From positions 1-64,000 of the IMG/VR virus record IMGVR_UViG_3300042455_000321: a stretch of DNA of 64,000 nt; one strand, given 5' to 3'. The position numbers and the translations under genes were made by a program. This stretch comes from a virus. This document shows, piece after piece, positions 52,601 through 61,897 of the stretch. Numbering within the stretch: the first letter of the stretch is position 1; every line of letters starts with the position of its first letter. Under the pieces are notes generated by a model. That model saw only the letters and a program-made list of their open reading frames with translations. It was not told where the DNA came from and made no database searches.

Positions 52601-54856
52601 AACAAATTACAACTCCATAATAACATATTGGAGATGGGATTAGAAGCTGGATATATTGTAAAGGGTAATGTAAGAGATAATAAATACAAGAACTATGTAT
52701 TAGTAGGTGGAGAAAGTGCTTACCCTGGTGCTACAAAAAAAATGCAAGGACCTTTGTATGGGTATAAAATGGACCCATTGTTATACAAAGCTATGTTTGA
52801 AATGCCTTCGTTTACTATTGGTGATGAAACACTTCAATCTACATTAGCCCAAAAGATAGGTAATGTATATATGGGTCAAGTAGACCTTGTTAATATGATG
52901 AAAGTAAGTTTAAACTTATCTTCTATTATTAGAAACTTTGAGTCATATTTTAAAGGTGCATTTATGTTGTCTGGTACTTATCCTGATTTAATCAGAATGA
53001 CTACTTCAATGGCAAAAAAAGGAAGCAACTTTTTAGTTGATGGTACATTGTATTATGAGAACAGAAGCGCTGAACAAAAAGGGAAAACAGAGGGCTATAT
53101 TAAAGGATTAGCCCAAGATGCTTTACAAGATGGTGCTATTACTTCTATTAGTGAAGATGCAATAAACCAATGGGTTAAAGTATTAAACTCAGATAACAAG
53201 TTTGATGATGCTCTTAAAATAGGCAACACAGATGCTTTATATAAACAATTCTATAACTCTATGGGTTATATGGCTAAAGCTGCTGTTAAAGGTATGCAGA
53301 AGCTGTTTATATTAGGGGACGTTGCACCTAAGATGGTACAATATGAGATAAGAAGAAACACTATATCTTTGGATATATATGGTAAGAACTTCTATGAGTT
53401 GAACGAGAAACAAATGAAAGCCGTTAGAGAAGCTGCTTCATTAGATGTTAAAGAAGACTTTGCAACCCCTTCAAGAGCAGCTGAATTTGGTAAGTTTAGA
53501 GGTGTCGGTACGTTTGCTAGATACCGATATGAAATGTATCGTACAATGTATAATACTGCACGTCAAGTAGCAGGATATGATTTAGATAAAAGCTACAAGC
53601 ATATTAAGTTTTCTGATGATAAATTAGAAAATCAAGATATGATTAACAAGTTAGCTAGAAACAAAAGAAGAACTAAGATGATTGGTGCTGCTACATTTAG
53701 TGGTGCATTACAAGGTACTTATGCTTTAATGAGTGGTATATTCAACTCTAGCAAAGAAGAGGACCAAATGAAACAGAATGGTGTAATTACTAACTCTGGC
53801 CTTGGTGAAACTAATCTTATGTATGAGATGTATGCTAATGCTAAAGCTGTTTTAAATGGTGATGCGTCAATGAGACAAACCGTTCAATTAGTTTTACCTG
53901 ATTACCTATACGATAAAAGTATTGAGTATACATATGACCCTAAGACCAAGAAGATGACAGTATTAAACCTTAGCCAAAACGACCAGTTTGCTGTTGTTAC
54001 CGATTGGTTGAGAGGTTTAATGTATGATAAGTCTCCTTCCGATAGACCATATGCTGACTATAAAGGGGTAGGTAACAGGTCTATTGATGTAGTATCTGAC
54101 CAATTATTAACATTTGGTGGTGCTCCTGTATTGTTACTTACTGCTTTTAAAGCTGCTAACGATAAAAAGACAGCTAATGAATCTCAATCAGAAGGTTTAA
54201 TTAATAAAACCTATGTGAATGGTAAAAACTTTGTTCAAGGTGTATTACCAGGTGACATGAGTACTTATACTAAAAATGCTGAAATGGCTAAGTATGCTAA
54301 TGAAGAGTGGGTTGATGCTGCTGGTAATACAATTAATGATATGATTGTTAGCGGGTTCAGAGGTAAAAAGATGGAGATTAATGTATATGGTTCATTGTCT
54401 GGTAGAATTAGAAAAGAACATAAAAGAGCAAGTGATGCTATTATAATGGCTAATGAAGAAGTAGATAAGATTTTAAATTTAGCTGCAACTAGATATAAGA
54501 AAGAAGACGGTAGCCGTGTTAATAGTTTCTATGAAATACCAAGCTTTGACCAAAAGCAAGCTATATTAGAAGACAAGGATATAAAAGAACAATTAGATAA
54601 GCAAAAAGAAATTCTTAACAAACTATTGAGAGCAACTGTAAAAGCTAATAAAATGTATTACAATGCTGCTAAGAAGTTCTCATTTAGCAAAGAAGAATTA
54701 GATACATTGTTTAAAGATGCTAATAGTAATAGGGTTGATGTAGGTAAAATCAAAGGTGATATATTGTTTGATGAAGACTACATGAACATATTGCAACGCT
54801 CTGAAAAAGAGATAGATACATTAGATTTTGGTTCAATGCTTTATAGCTTAGATTAA
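49667..54856 (+). CDS. Giant polyvalent cargo protein (1729 aa) with zincin-like metallopeptidase motif
   Basis: AFYDP...MYIN...PLHESTHIW ... SEILS; sole Cys at residue 3. Confidence 0.6.
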   Translation: MDCIYTYKGQTYSYADLIKKLSEKDLASLKERGLISVDSKTFEGSLSSPTIFKDIDNAIAGENYGVVTTDKDGNVVTTESIKGSKGSFDETGVKKFANDVNDIYRENNKTAPGVKVVVADAKTFNEVHKEYYDGVEASEYDEAFYDPNTKTMYINASQASLDAPLHESTHIWFKFIEKRSPRIFQAGINIAKASSQYNKYIKYKQAYDMLRAKYQFEKKSDAEAKTLAMEQAKNQVVLSKADNYLYEYFDITLGSGIEGENNLASEILSRETEKAFKTKSNNEFSKWYTTMIESFVDKKGFKGLTYNQVSNLSLKDFTSKLADEVSGGIRTKSGKARMATTKLIEDKTPAQIAAEQQRNQNKSPQQGRGAAKKETKPEPIYSTDVIDILNQSNKGKAILKKAEDLFEQSGLLQEYAENEGLSMNNLTPQDVSSLTEQILGDIMVGNLRVPAEFAGSNSIGTLSTRRGSMPSGLVGDAFKELGDGLSKSSGKDVSGKQIKSRLTNEVKPTTAEKIPFAKAKAAYETENIDSGIKSEEEQIIDKIVELQDLLNVEDLSPENKKAIRNEINELVKKQQAISENQGKVYKGSGDIEALPSSEKPLKKISDREEDVVGDVVNIRTDEKKLAKRQINLKNWLLPADRKLPMSALSELEKAQGMKAYYERTDIELLNTLKNEMSEYIGELNQGKTEPDPMGTAEGLSKVIDNALKGDRAAFDLLSPKLKTTVDLMRSNIDNASEFIMGTGWLSAAELSEYQKNLGTYVARLYDKYTTPNVPVSKKVKDRIISKIPGLRVLVKEDKPIANAQWVKDLSPEQIKNAIDGFQTWVKNGYSDTAADINAGTGFRQRAIDLQGLKDKLTAETQKKIDAETAMNSGEVKNKNKWQTEYNEIINNIDKLTKEYEAEENQYNKDVIDEAKRLYEDAIQHVEKGQYMESANGSINTKQFMKRKDLPQWYREVIGESNNVFKNYFYTIGRLQNLGNKLQLHNNILEMGLEAGYIVKGNVRDNKYKNYVLVGGESAYPGATKKMQGPLYGYKMDPLLYKAMFEMPSFTIGDETLQSTLAQKIGNVYMGQVDLVNMMKVSLNLSSIIRNFESYFKGAFMLSGTYPDLIRMTTSMAKKGSNFLVDGTLYYENRSAEQKGKTEGYIKGLAQDALQDGAITSISEDAINQWVKVLNSDNKFDDALKIGNTDALYKQFYNSMGYMAKAAVKGMQKLFILGDVAPKMVQYEIRRNTISLDIYGKNFYELNEKQMKAVREAASLDVKEDFATPSRAAEFGKFRGVGTFARYRYEMYRTMYNTARQVAGYDLDKSYKHIKFSDDKLENQDMINKLARNKRRTKMIGAATFSGALQGTYALMSGIFNSSKEEDQMKQNGVITNSGLGETNLMYEMYANAKAVLNGDASMRQTVQLVLPDYLYDKSIEYTYDPKTKKMTVLNLSQNDQFAVVTDWLRGLMYDKSPSDRPYADYKGVGNRSIDVVSDQLLTFGGAPVLLLTAFKAANDKKTANESQSEGLINKTYVNGKNFVQGVLPGDMSTYTKNAEMAKYANEEWVDAAGNTINDMIVSGFRGKKMEINVYGSLSGRIRKEHKRASDAIIMANEEVDKILNLAATRYKKEDGSRVNSFYEIPSFDQKQAILEDKDIKEQLDKQKEILNKLLRATVKANKMYYNAAKKFSFSKEELDTLFKDANSNRVDVGKIKGDILFDEDYMNILQRSEKEIDTLDFGSMLYSLD

Positions 54857-54868
54857 ACGTATTATATA
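54854..54868 (+). promoter_or_regulatory. Phage B putative late promoter
   Basis: Exact TAAACGTATTATATA. Confidence 0.75.
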
Positions 54869-54886
54869 GACAAATAAACACATAAT

Positions 54887-55636
54887 ATGAGTTTTTTAGA
54901 TAAATTAATTGACAAAGGTATAGACCCAGTAAGTTTAGGGACAGGTTTGTTCCAGGGCATTGCTGGTGTGGTTGGTAATATAAAAGCAAAAAAGCAATAT
55001 AACCAAGCTGAAGAAGCCCATAAACTCGCTATGGGTGGAAGACCAAGTTTCCAAATATCTCCTGAAATCAAACAAAGATTAGCTATGGAGCAGGCTCAGT
55101 ATAATGCTGAAGACCAATCTGTAAAACAAGCTAGAGCAGCACAAGAACAAGCATTAGCTAACTATATGGGAACTGCTCAAAGAAATGCTTCTAGCGGTAG
55201 TCAAGCTTTAGCTACAGCTGGTGAAGTTGCAGGTAATACAATGCAAGGTGCGGCTAGATTAGGTGCTCAACAGTTTCAAAACCAATTACAAAAAGGTCAA
55301 ACTTTAGGCCAAGCTCAAAACGCTATGGCACAACAAAGAATGTTGAAATATGAAGATGCTTTAGCTGCTAATCAAGAAAAGCAAGCTTTTGAACTTGGTA
55401 AAATGCAAGCGTATAGACAAGATATTAATGACTCTAATAAAAATATTTTTGGTGCTTTACCTGGCGTTTTAGGTGGATTAAGTGGATTGTTTAGTAGAAA
55501 CATGAAACAAGTTGACATTCCAGGAATAAGTTCAATTTCAAAACCTAGACCATTTGATGTAAGTTACCAAGGACCTCAGCGTTCTTACCCAGGATTTGGG
55601 AATCAGAAAGTAAATTTTTCTGGATTTGGTGATTAA
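54887..55636 (+). CDS. Small ejection protein (Gly/Ala/Gln-rich)
   Basis: Hydrophobic Gly-rich ends around a Q/A coiled coil, no Cys; P22 gp7/T7 gp14-like architecture. Confidence 0.6.
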   Translation: MSFLDKLIDKGIDPVSLGTGLFQGIAGVVGNIKAKKQYNQAEEAHKLAMGGRPSFQISPEIKQRLAMEQAQYNAEDQSVKQARAAQEQALANYMGTAQRNASSGSQALATAGEVAGNTMQGAARLGAQQFQNQLQKGQTLGQAQNAMAQQRMLKYEDALAANQEKQAFELGKMQAYRQDINDSNKNIFGALPGVLGGLSGLFSRNMKQVDIPGISSISKPRPFDVSYQGPQRSYPGFGNQKVNFSGFGD

Positions 55637-55642
55637 ATAATT

Positions 55643-55666
55643 AACCCCTCTTTATGAGGGGTTTTT
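55643..55666. terminator. Terminator between convergent operons
   Basis: AACCCCTC-TTTAT-GAGGGGTT plus T run. Confidence 0.8.
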
Positions 55667-55669
55667 CTT

Positions 55670-58600
55670 TTAGTGTCCAGAGCTCTGCTTAACTTCTAAT
55701 CTTATACCTTGTAGGTTAATTTGCTGATTTGTAGGGAAGTTTAATTGTACCCAAGGAGTTTTAGTTCTTATTCTATCTCCTACTATGTTTTGAGTATCAT
55801 ACTCTGTATTGGTAGTAGCGTTATTGCTCAATCTATTTCTATACACAGAGCTAAACATTTCTCCTTCTCTCATAGCGTAGTTGCCATCGCTAATCAAACT
55901 AATCTGGGTTAAGTTATTATTTACATTGGTAGAGTTGTCTCTAGCATATATAACTGTACTTGTAGTTGTTAATTGACCCATTAAGATTACTGATAATGGT
56001 TCTATTGTAGCAGGGTATGTACCTATGCTATATGGAGCAGCTATCCAAGCGCCTGTTGTAGCTTGATTAAACACACCAGTAGTATTGTCAAATTCTTTAT
56101 ATAGTTTCAACCCAGTTGTACCGTATTGAGAACCAATAGAGAATACATCATCACCTACTCTTATCCATTGGTCAGGATTATCTTCATATCCACCTATCCA
56201 AGTATTAGCTTGCCAGTTATATACATAAGATACATTCTTGTTTCCTATGTATTGATTAATATGATTATCTCCACAGTTACCAGGATATTGTTTACCTGTT
56301 ATACTTGGGTTAGGGCAAGTAACAAACAACTCATATGTGTATGGGTTAATACCACATTTAATATTAGCTGCACTATTAGCGCTATCATCAAATGGTAAGT
56401 TTCTAAATACTTGATTCCAAAGGAAGCCTGCTTTTTGTTGGCTAATAGGAGAAGCCCCATCTCCAGCAAACTGTATTATTTCCCTATTAAGGGCGTCTGC
56501 CCAGAAAACAATACCTTTGTACCCTACAACGCTTTGAGGGCTAATGCAACCCCAAAGATTAGTAAGTGGGAGTATTGTACCAAGTACACCTGCAGATGAT
56601 GTTAACGCAGGGGTTTGGTCAGCAGAATATATTTGTTGTTGTCCTATTAATGCTATATAACTACCAGAGTTACATAACACCAACATACGTCCACCTTGGT
56701 TAGCTTCTTTGCTAGACAAGAATATAGTAGTAATTGGACCTGATGATTGGTCTACAGATGTTTCATCTAATGCGTCAAATGTAGATAACCCATTTACATT
56801 AGAGTTAGGTAATTTAACATTAGACCATCTAATAGAATTGGTTAATTGTTTTTGACCTATATTATCTATAGGTGCAATTCTGCCAAAGTCATGTATCCAA
56901 TTGATTTGATTTATTTCATAACGTGCTTTACTCAACATCATTTGAGAACCACCTTGCGCATCTCTTGATTGAGTATATGTGTCTCCAAATAATTGACTTC
57001 CGCTTATATTAAATGGAGTTCCAAAAGTAGTAGAACTTGTTATTTCTCCAAACATTGCTACTTCATATTCTGAAGGAGTTGTTAATACAGGGGTATAAAT
57101 ACTTACAAATATTTCTTCTTGAAATCTTCTGACTGGGTAGCTAAAGCTAGCACCTGTCCATGGAGATGGAGCTGAAGAGTCTAAAAATATTTGATTTATT
57201 TGTGCAGATATATAATTCAACATTGTTGCTCTATCTGCCCCTAATATAACGTATCCATCTATTGCATTTATAACTGGATAAGTTAATGTTACAGGAGTTA
57301 AAGAACCAGTTGGTTTTATATTTAATTCACATAAATCACCAGCCGTATAGCTATATCCTAATCCATCTTTATAAAGTGATGACAAAGGAATTGCTAACCC
57401 ATAATATTCTAATTTTGTTGAAGTTTCATTTTGGTCATAAACCAATACACCATCAGCATTTTTATAAGCAAAACGCATCATGTCTGGCATGAAAGAAATA
57501 AAATTAGATGCCTTAGTATTTTTTGCAACACATATAGAATAATAGTTAGCCCAACTAGGTATTACTCCACCAGCTTGCGTTATAGTAGTATCAAAATCTA
57601 CATACTCTAAAAGTTGTTTATTTACTGGTTCATATGTAGGTACATTAATAGAGTTAATTTTTTTAACTCCAGATTTTCTTAAAGCACTATCGTAATACTG
57701 AATACCATACTCATATGAAGAGTTAGGATAAAATGCTCTTTGTTTTAAACCTGATGCATAAGCAGCTGCATTTAAAACAATACAGTTTTGACCTACACTA
57801 TTACTTAATGGGTATATAAATTCATCTCCAGTTGTGCCTAATACTACATTAGCTGCAAACTCATTTAATTCTTTTAATATATTTAATCGGATTCCTCTAG
57901 CAGGAGTATTATAAACATCTTCTAGTTTAGGGTCTCCAGTTTCATTTAATTTAATTAATGACTTCTCAGATATGTAATGGGGCAATTCAATTAAATTACC
58001 ACTATACCCATCAATAGACTTACTTAAAGTCAATGTTCCATCAGGAGCAACAGTTGCAGGATTTGATTGCTCAAATATTATAGTACCACAATCTACAGGA
58101 AACCCATAGTTTACGCCATTAACATAATCTCTTGTTATAATACAACAATAATAAAATCCTGTAGAAGCTCCTTGGTTTCTTACCATTAATAAAGTTGGAG
58201 TACCCCCAAGTATTGGTCCGTTATTTCCTGCTGGTGAACTACCCCAAGATACTTGTGCACTTGTAGGTGCTGTATATAGTCCTGTAGTTACATCTGCAGG
58301 GATATCTGGAGGTGTTGCTGGTGTATTATAACCTTCAAGATTATTTGCCAAGAATAGTCTATTAGAGGCTAATTCTAAAGCTTTAGAAGTTATAGGTAAA
58401 CTATCAAATTGTTTAAAAGCTTCTGTAGATGATAAGGTATATTGTATATTTGTACCATTCCAATTTTGATAGGTAATAAATATAAATGGAGCACCTGGGT
58501 CATTATGGTCTGCTACTAACTGAGCATCAGTATAACTAACTGGACCAAATCCAAAGTTATAAGTTCTTGAAGTTTGGTCATATTTATCAAACACCCTAAT

Positions 58601-59575
58601 TACTTGATATGATGCAGTCTCTAAATTAATAGCAACAAATTCTATTTTCTTCCAATTATCAGGAATAACCTGTGCTTTATCTAAATCTATTGTAACTATA
58701 TTAGAGCTATAAGATAGTGCAGTTATTTCTTCTTGTCTAGCTGACAAAGAAGTTACACTATAAGGAGCTAATACAGATATAAAGTTGTCCTCATTGGTTA
58801 TTCTATAAGTAAACTGATAGTTATTCTTTTGTATAATAATAGGGTCAGTTGCACTACTTCCTCTAACACTTGTTAAAGGTACGTGACCTGGCTCTGTAAT
58901 TAAAGATAACTCTTCAAAAGAAGGTTTATTAGTATAGTAATCTTTATTTACATCAACATATCTAATGTTGTTTCTATTATCAGTAAATATCAATTGATTG
59001 CCACTAACCCTAGCAGATATAAAGTCAGTAGGTAAAAACCCTAAATCATCTATCCCTGAATTATTAACCCATTCTCCATTTAATAATACAGATGATTGGC
59101 TTGGCTTGATTGTAGTTATTTTAGAACCTGAAGCATCATATTGTAAAGCCACTTTTACTATATAAGAGTTAGCAGTTTCAATAGGATTGCCATATTGAGG
59201 TGTATAAATAAATAAGTAAATGTATCTTGTATTGCTACTTAACGACTCTGTGTCATCAGTTGCATACCCAATACATTTAGCACCATCTTTGTCATAACCC
59301 CTAACGTAGTTTCTATTACTAACAAATGGGTTTAACCCAGGCATCGAAGTAAATAAACTTGTCCAATCTGTATTACCTGCAAATGGTTCTATAACACCTG
59401 CATCTCCACCTGTATTATAACTTTCCATACCACCACCTTGTCCATCACTAGGGCCTAATAAAGAACCCAAAGAAAAATGGACATTCATAGCAGAAGAATA
59501 CGACTCCTTGTCTTGAAGATGGGGAGCCGTATCAGTATCTAAACCTTTCGTAAAAAGTTTTGTAATTTGAGCCAT
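55670..59575 (-). CDS. Tail nozzle/stabilisation protein (tubular protein B-like)
   Basis: F.KGLDTD......SY..AMNV N-terminus, LIFTDN, A.ALE...NRLFLAN, YGIQYYD, beta-propeller-like C-half. Confidence 0.7.
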   Translation of the reverse strand: MAQITKLFTKGLDTDTAPHLQDKESYSSAMNVHFSLGSLLGPSDGQGGGMESYNTGGDAGVIEPFAGNTDWTSLFTSMPGLNPFVSNRNYVRGYDKDGAKCIGYATDDTESLSSNTRYIYLFIYTPQYGNPIETANSYIVKVALQYDASGSKITTIKPSQSSVLLNGEWVNNSGIDDLGFLPTDFISARVSGNQLIFTDNRNNIRYVDVNKDYYTNKPSFEELSLITEPGHVPLTSVRGSSATDPIIIQKNNYQFTYRITNEDNFISVLAPYSVTSLSARQEEITALSYSSNIVTIDLDKAQVIPDNWKKIEFVAINLETASYQVIRVFDKYDQTSRTYNFGFGPVSYTDAQLVADHNDPGAPFIFITYQNWNGTNIQYTLSSTEAFKQFDSLPITSKALELASNRLFLANNLEGYNTPATPPDIPADVTTGLYTAPTSAQVSWGSSPAGNNGPILGGTPTLLMVRNQGASTGFYYCCIITRDYVNGVNYGFPVDCGTIIFEQSNPATVAPDGTLTLSKSIDGYSGNLIELPHYISEKSLIKLNETGDPKLEDVYNTPARGIRLNILKELNEFAANVVLGTTGDEFIYPLSNSVGQNCIVLNAAAYASGLKQRAFYPNSSYEYGIQYYDSALRKSGVKKINSINVPTYEPVNKQLLEYVDFDTTITQAGGVIPSWANYYSICVAKNTKASNFISFMPDMMRFAYKNADGVLVYDQNETSTKLEYYGLAIPLSSLYKDGLGYSYTAGDLCELNIKPTGSLTPVTLTYPVINAIDGYVILGADRATMLNYISAQINQIFLDSSAPSPWTGASFSYPVRRFQEEIFVSIYTPVLTTPSEYEVAMFGEITSSTTFGTPFNISGSQLFGDTYTQSRDAQGGSQMMLSKARYEINQINWIHDFGRIAPIDNIGQKQLTNSIRWSNVKLPNSNVNGLSTFDALDETSVDQSSGPITTIFLSSKEANQGGRMLVLCNSGSYIALIGQQQIYSADQTPALTSSAGVLGTILPLTNLWGCISPQSVVGYKGIVFWADALNREIIQFAGDGASPISQQKAGFLWNQVFRNLPFDDSANSAANIKCGINPYTYELFVTCPNPSITGKQYPGNCGDNHINQYIGNKNVSYVYNWQANTWIGGYEDNPDQWIRVGDDVFSIGSQYGTTGLKLYKEFDNTTGVFNQATTGAWIAAPYSIGTYPATIEPLSVILMGQLTTTSTVIYARDNSTNVNNNLTQISLISDGNYAMREGEMFSSVYRNRLSNNATTNTEYDTQNIVGDRIRTKTPWVQLNFPTNQQINLQGIRLEVKQSSGH

Positions 59576-59587
59576 TAAAAAGCTTTA

Positions 59588-61051
59588 TTAGTTGTCAAAT
59601 AATTGCAAGTATTTAATACCTAAACCTGGTATATAAACTCTTATTTTTTGATTAGATGGAGTATTTGCTGGCGTACCATCAATTAATGCATCGTCAACAT
59701 AAAATTCAGGGTCAGGATTATTTGCATTATGAACACCAATTGCCTTAGCTACACCTGGGTTATAACCACCTAGTTTATATGTTCCATTAGTTTCATTAAT
59801 ATCAACACCATAGTTTGTACTACCTAATCTGTAAGCGTCATTAGATGTATTCATAATTAAACCAGCACCTGCACTTTCGCTTAAAGTATAAACTTGATTT
59901 AATAAATCTATTTTTAAACCAAAATTATTTGTGTCATTGCCCATAAAGAAAGTCTCGTTTATGATGTCAATTTTTAATAATCTATGGTTAGTAGCACCAC
60001 CTAATATACTAATACCAGTTGATGGAAATAAAGTTAATCCTCTATCGTATGTTGCATCTCCTAAGAAAATACCATTTGACGCAGAGTTAATACTTAAACC
60101 TCTTGGGAAAGAAGCATCACCTAAAAATATAATTTTAGTAGTATTGTTGTAACTCAATTGCATTTCATTAGTACCAAATCTACCAATTGCAGATGAAGTT
60201 AATGTCATACCTGAAGAGTTAGACGTAAACCCTGCAAATAAAGAAGTTGCTGTATAGTCAAACTTAACTGTTGAGCTTCCTAAATAACCAGTTGTATCTG
60301 CTAATATAAGACCTACATTTGTACTGTAATTACCTAATTTGTAAGTTGGCGCTACCGTATCAATACGAAGACCTTTAGTTGCAATTGCATCACCTAATGC
60401 ATATACTGAGTTATTACCATCAATAGAAAGTTGTTTTCTTGTATCTAAATCTCCAACAAGATGAATGTTCCCATTAAGGTCTAATCTAATACCTTTGTTA
60501 GCTGCTCCTTTCTTAGTAGAAACCGTTTGAACTTTATCATCTACAGTAAATATAACATCGTTACCTACAGAGTCAGTATCACCACATTGGAAATATGGAC
60601 CAGAAGAAGTAGAGTTGTTTGCAACAAAGCTACCACCTACCATTTTAATTTCATTAGTAGTTTGTTGTAATAAACTTTGAATAAAGTTAGAACCATCACT
60701 ATATGGAAAATATCCTGCAGCAATTGCAGTTAATACACCAAACTCTAATATGTTCCAATATCCATTGCTACCTGCTGGAAAGAAAATAGCTGATACTGGA
60801 GTTAAGTTCCAAAAGTAAAGACCATTATTAGCAACTGTAGCATCTTCTGTTACAATAGCTAATTGAGAGCTTTCATTGTTTAGAACACTTAATGTTCCTG
60901 TATTTTCAGTTACTTGTGCTCCATTTTGAGAGAACAAAAGTTTAACTTCATCTTGAATACCTTTCAATGAGGTATCAGTCCATTCTACTTTACCAGAAGG
61001 AGTTTGTTTTGCGTTAGTAATTAAATTACTTAAAGTATCTAAAGTTGCCAT
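59588..61051 (-). CDS. Tail fibre/spike-like beta-repeat protein
   Basis: Repeated LGD...GL.I units; N-terminus shared with 61058-61489. Confidence 0.55.
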   Translation of the reverse strand: MATLDTLSNLITNAKQTPSGKVEWTDTSLKGIQDEVKLLFSQNGAQVTENTGTLSVLNNESSQLAIVTEDATVANNGLYFWNLTPVSAIFFPAGSNGYWNILEFGVLTAIAAGYFPYSDGSNFIQSLLQQTTNEIKMVGGSFVANNSTSSGPYFQCGDTDSVGNDVIFTVDDKVQTVSTKKGAANKGIRLDLNGNIHLVGDLDTRKQLSIDGNNSVYALGDAIATKGLRIDTVAPTYKLGNYSTNVGLILADTTGYLGSSTVKFDYTATSLFAGFTSNSSGMTLTSSAIGRFGTNEMQLSYNNTTKIIFLGDASFPRGLSINSASNGIFLGDATYDRGLTLFPSTGISILGGATNHRLLKIDIINETFFMGNDTNNFGLKIDLLNQVYTLSESAGAGLIMNTSNDAYRLGSTNYGVDINETNGTYKLGGYNPGVAKAIGVHNANNPDPEFYVDDALIDGTPANTPSNQKIRVYIPGLGIKYLQLFDN

Positions 61052-61057
61052 ATTTTA

Positions 61058-61489
61058 TTAAGGTGTTACAGTTATAGTTTTTACAGAAGCATCTGGCTTT
61101 ACATATTTCAATGAGCCACCTTGGTAAAACAAGACAACCCCATTTGATTTTGCAGCAGGAGTAGTTGTTACAGTTGGGATATAACCATTTGTAGCTTGTA
61201 GATACCAAAACCCACCATCGTTAGCAGCTACAATTAAATCGCCATTAGCTGGCCCTGTAGCTTGCCAAGTGTAAAGTCCAACACCCAAAACTAATGCGCT
61301 TTGAGAGTTGTTCTTGCCTTGTGCACTTAAAGCTATAGTAGTAGGTACTACAACCATACCACGAGCACGAAGTTCTTCAGCAATGTCGTCTTGTATGTCT
61401 TTCAACCCATTAGTACCAGACCAAGACACCGTATTGCTAGGTGTCTGGTCGGCATTAAAGATTTTATTAAGTAAAGTTAGAATTGTCAT
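61058..61489 (-). CDS. Short structural protein, paralogous N-terminal domain
   Basis: TL.N.I.NA.QTPS..V.W....LK.IQD. Confidence 0.55.
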   Translation of the reverse strand: MTILTLLNKIFNADQTPSNTVSWSGTNGLKDIQDDIAEELRARGMVVVPTTIALSAQGKNNSQSALVLGVGLYTWQATGPANGDLIVAANDGGFWYLQATNGYIPTVTTTPAAKSNGVVLFYQGGSLKYVKPDASVKTITVTP

Positions 61490-61505
61490 TATTCCTATTA
61501 TTTAG

Positions 61506-61543
61506 TATATAATACGTTTATATTACCTATATAATACGCTTTA
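61506..61543 (-). promoter_or_regulatory. Tandem phage B putative late promoters
   Basis: Minus strand TAAAGCGTATTATATA (61528-61543) and TAAACGTATTATATA (61506-61520). Confidence 0.7.
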
Positions 61544-61544
61544 C

Positions 61545-61874
61545 TTAGATAACTTCAGCTCCTGGAACAAAGGTTAAATTTAATTGAACAGCAGCCCAAT
61601 CAAGAATCCAAGCGTTGCTTCCGTCCCATTCTGGGTATTGGTCAGGACCTAAAGTTAAGTTACCTTGGGTTAAAGTTGCACCACCCATTGCAGGAGTTGG
61701 AGTAGGGTCAGTAGCTCCTTCAACTGGAGTGGTTACTGGTGCTGCTCCTAACAAGCTGTAATAGAATGTTGCAGAGTTTTCTAAGTTGTCATTTACAGAG
61801 ATTAAGTTTAATACTACTGCTTCGTCTGTTTGTCCGTTTGTCCAGATTGCTACTGGCTCGATTGCTTTTTGCAT
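61545..61874 (-). CDS. Small fibre-associated protein
   Basis: IEPV.IW.NGQ, DNL..SATFYY.L, GNLT, W.A.QLNLT; follows fibre gene. Confidence 0.55.
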   Translation of the reverse strand: MQKAIEPVAIWTNGQTDEAVVLNLISVNDNLENSATFYYSLLGAAPVTTPVEGATDPTPTPAMGGATLTQGNLTLGPDQYPEWDGSNAWILDWAAVQLNLTFVPGAEVI

Positions 61875-61897
61875 TTTTATTTGATTTTAAGGGTTTA

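Noticed and set aside
45453-54856. crAss/N4-type virion RNA polymerase
   Set aside because: No DFDxD/NADFDGD-type catalytic motif found; the DNDEDVD stretch is simply acidic.
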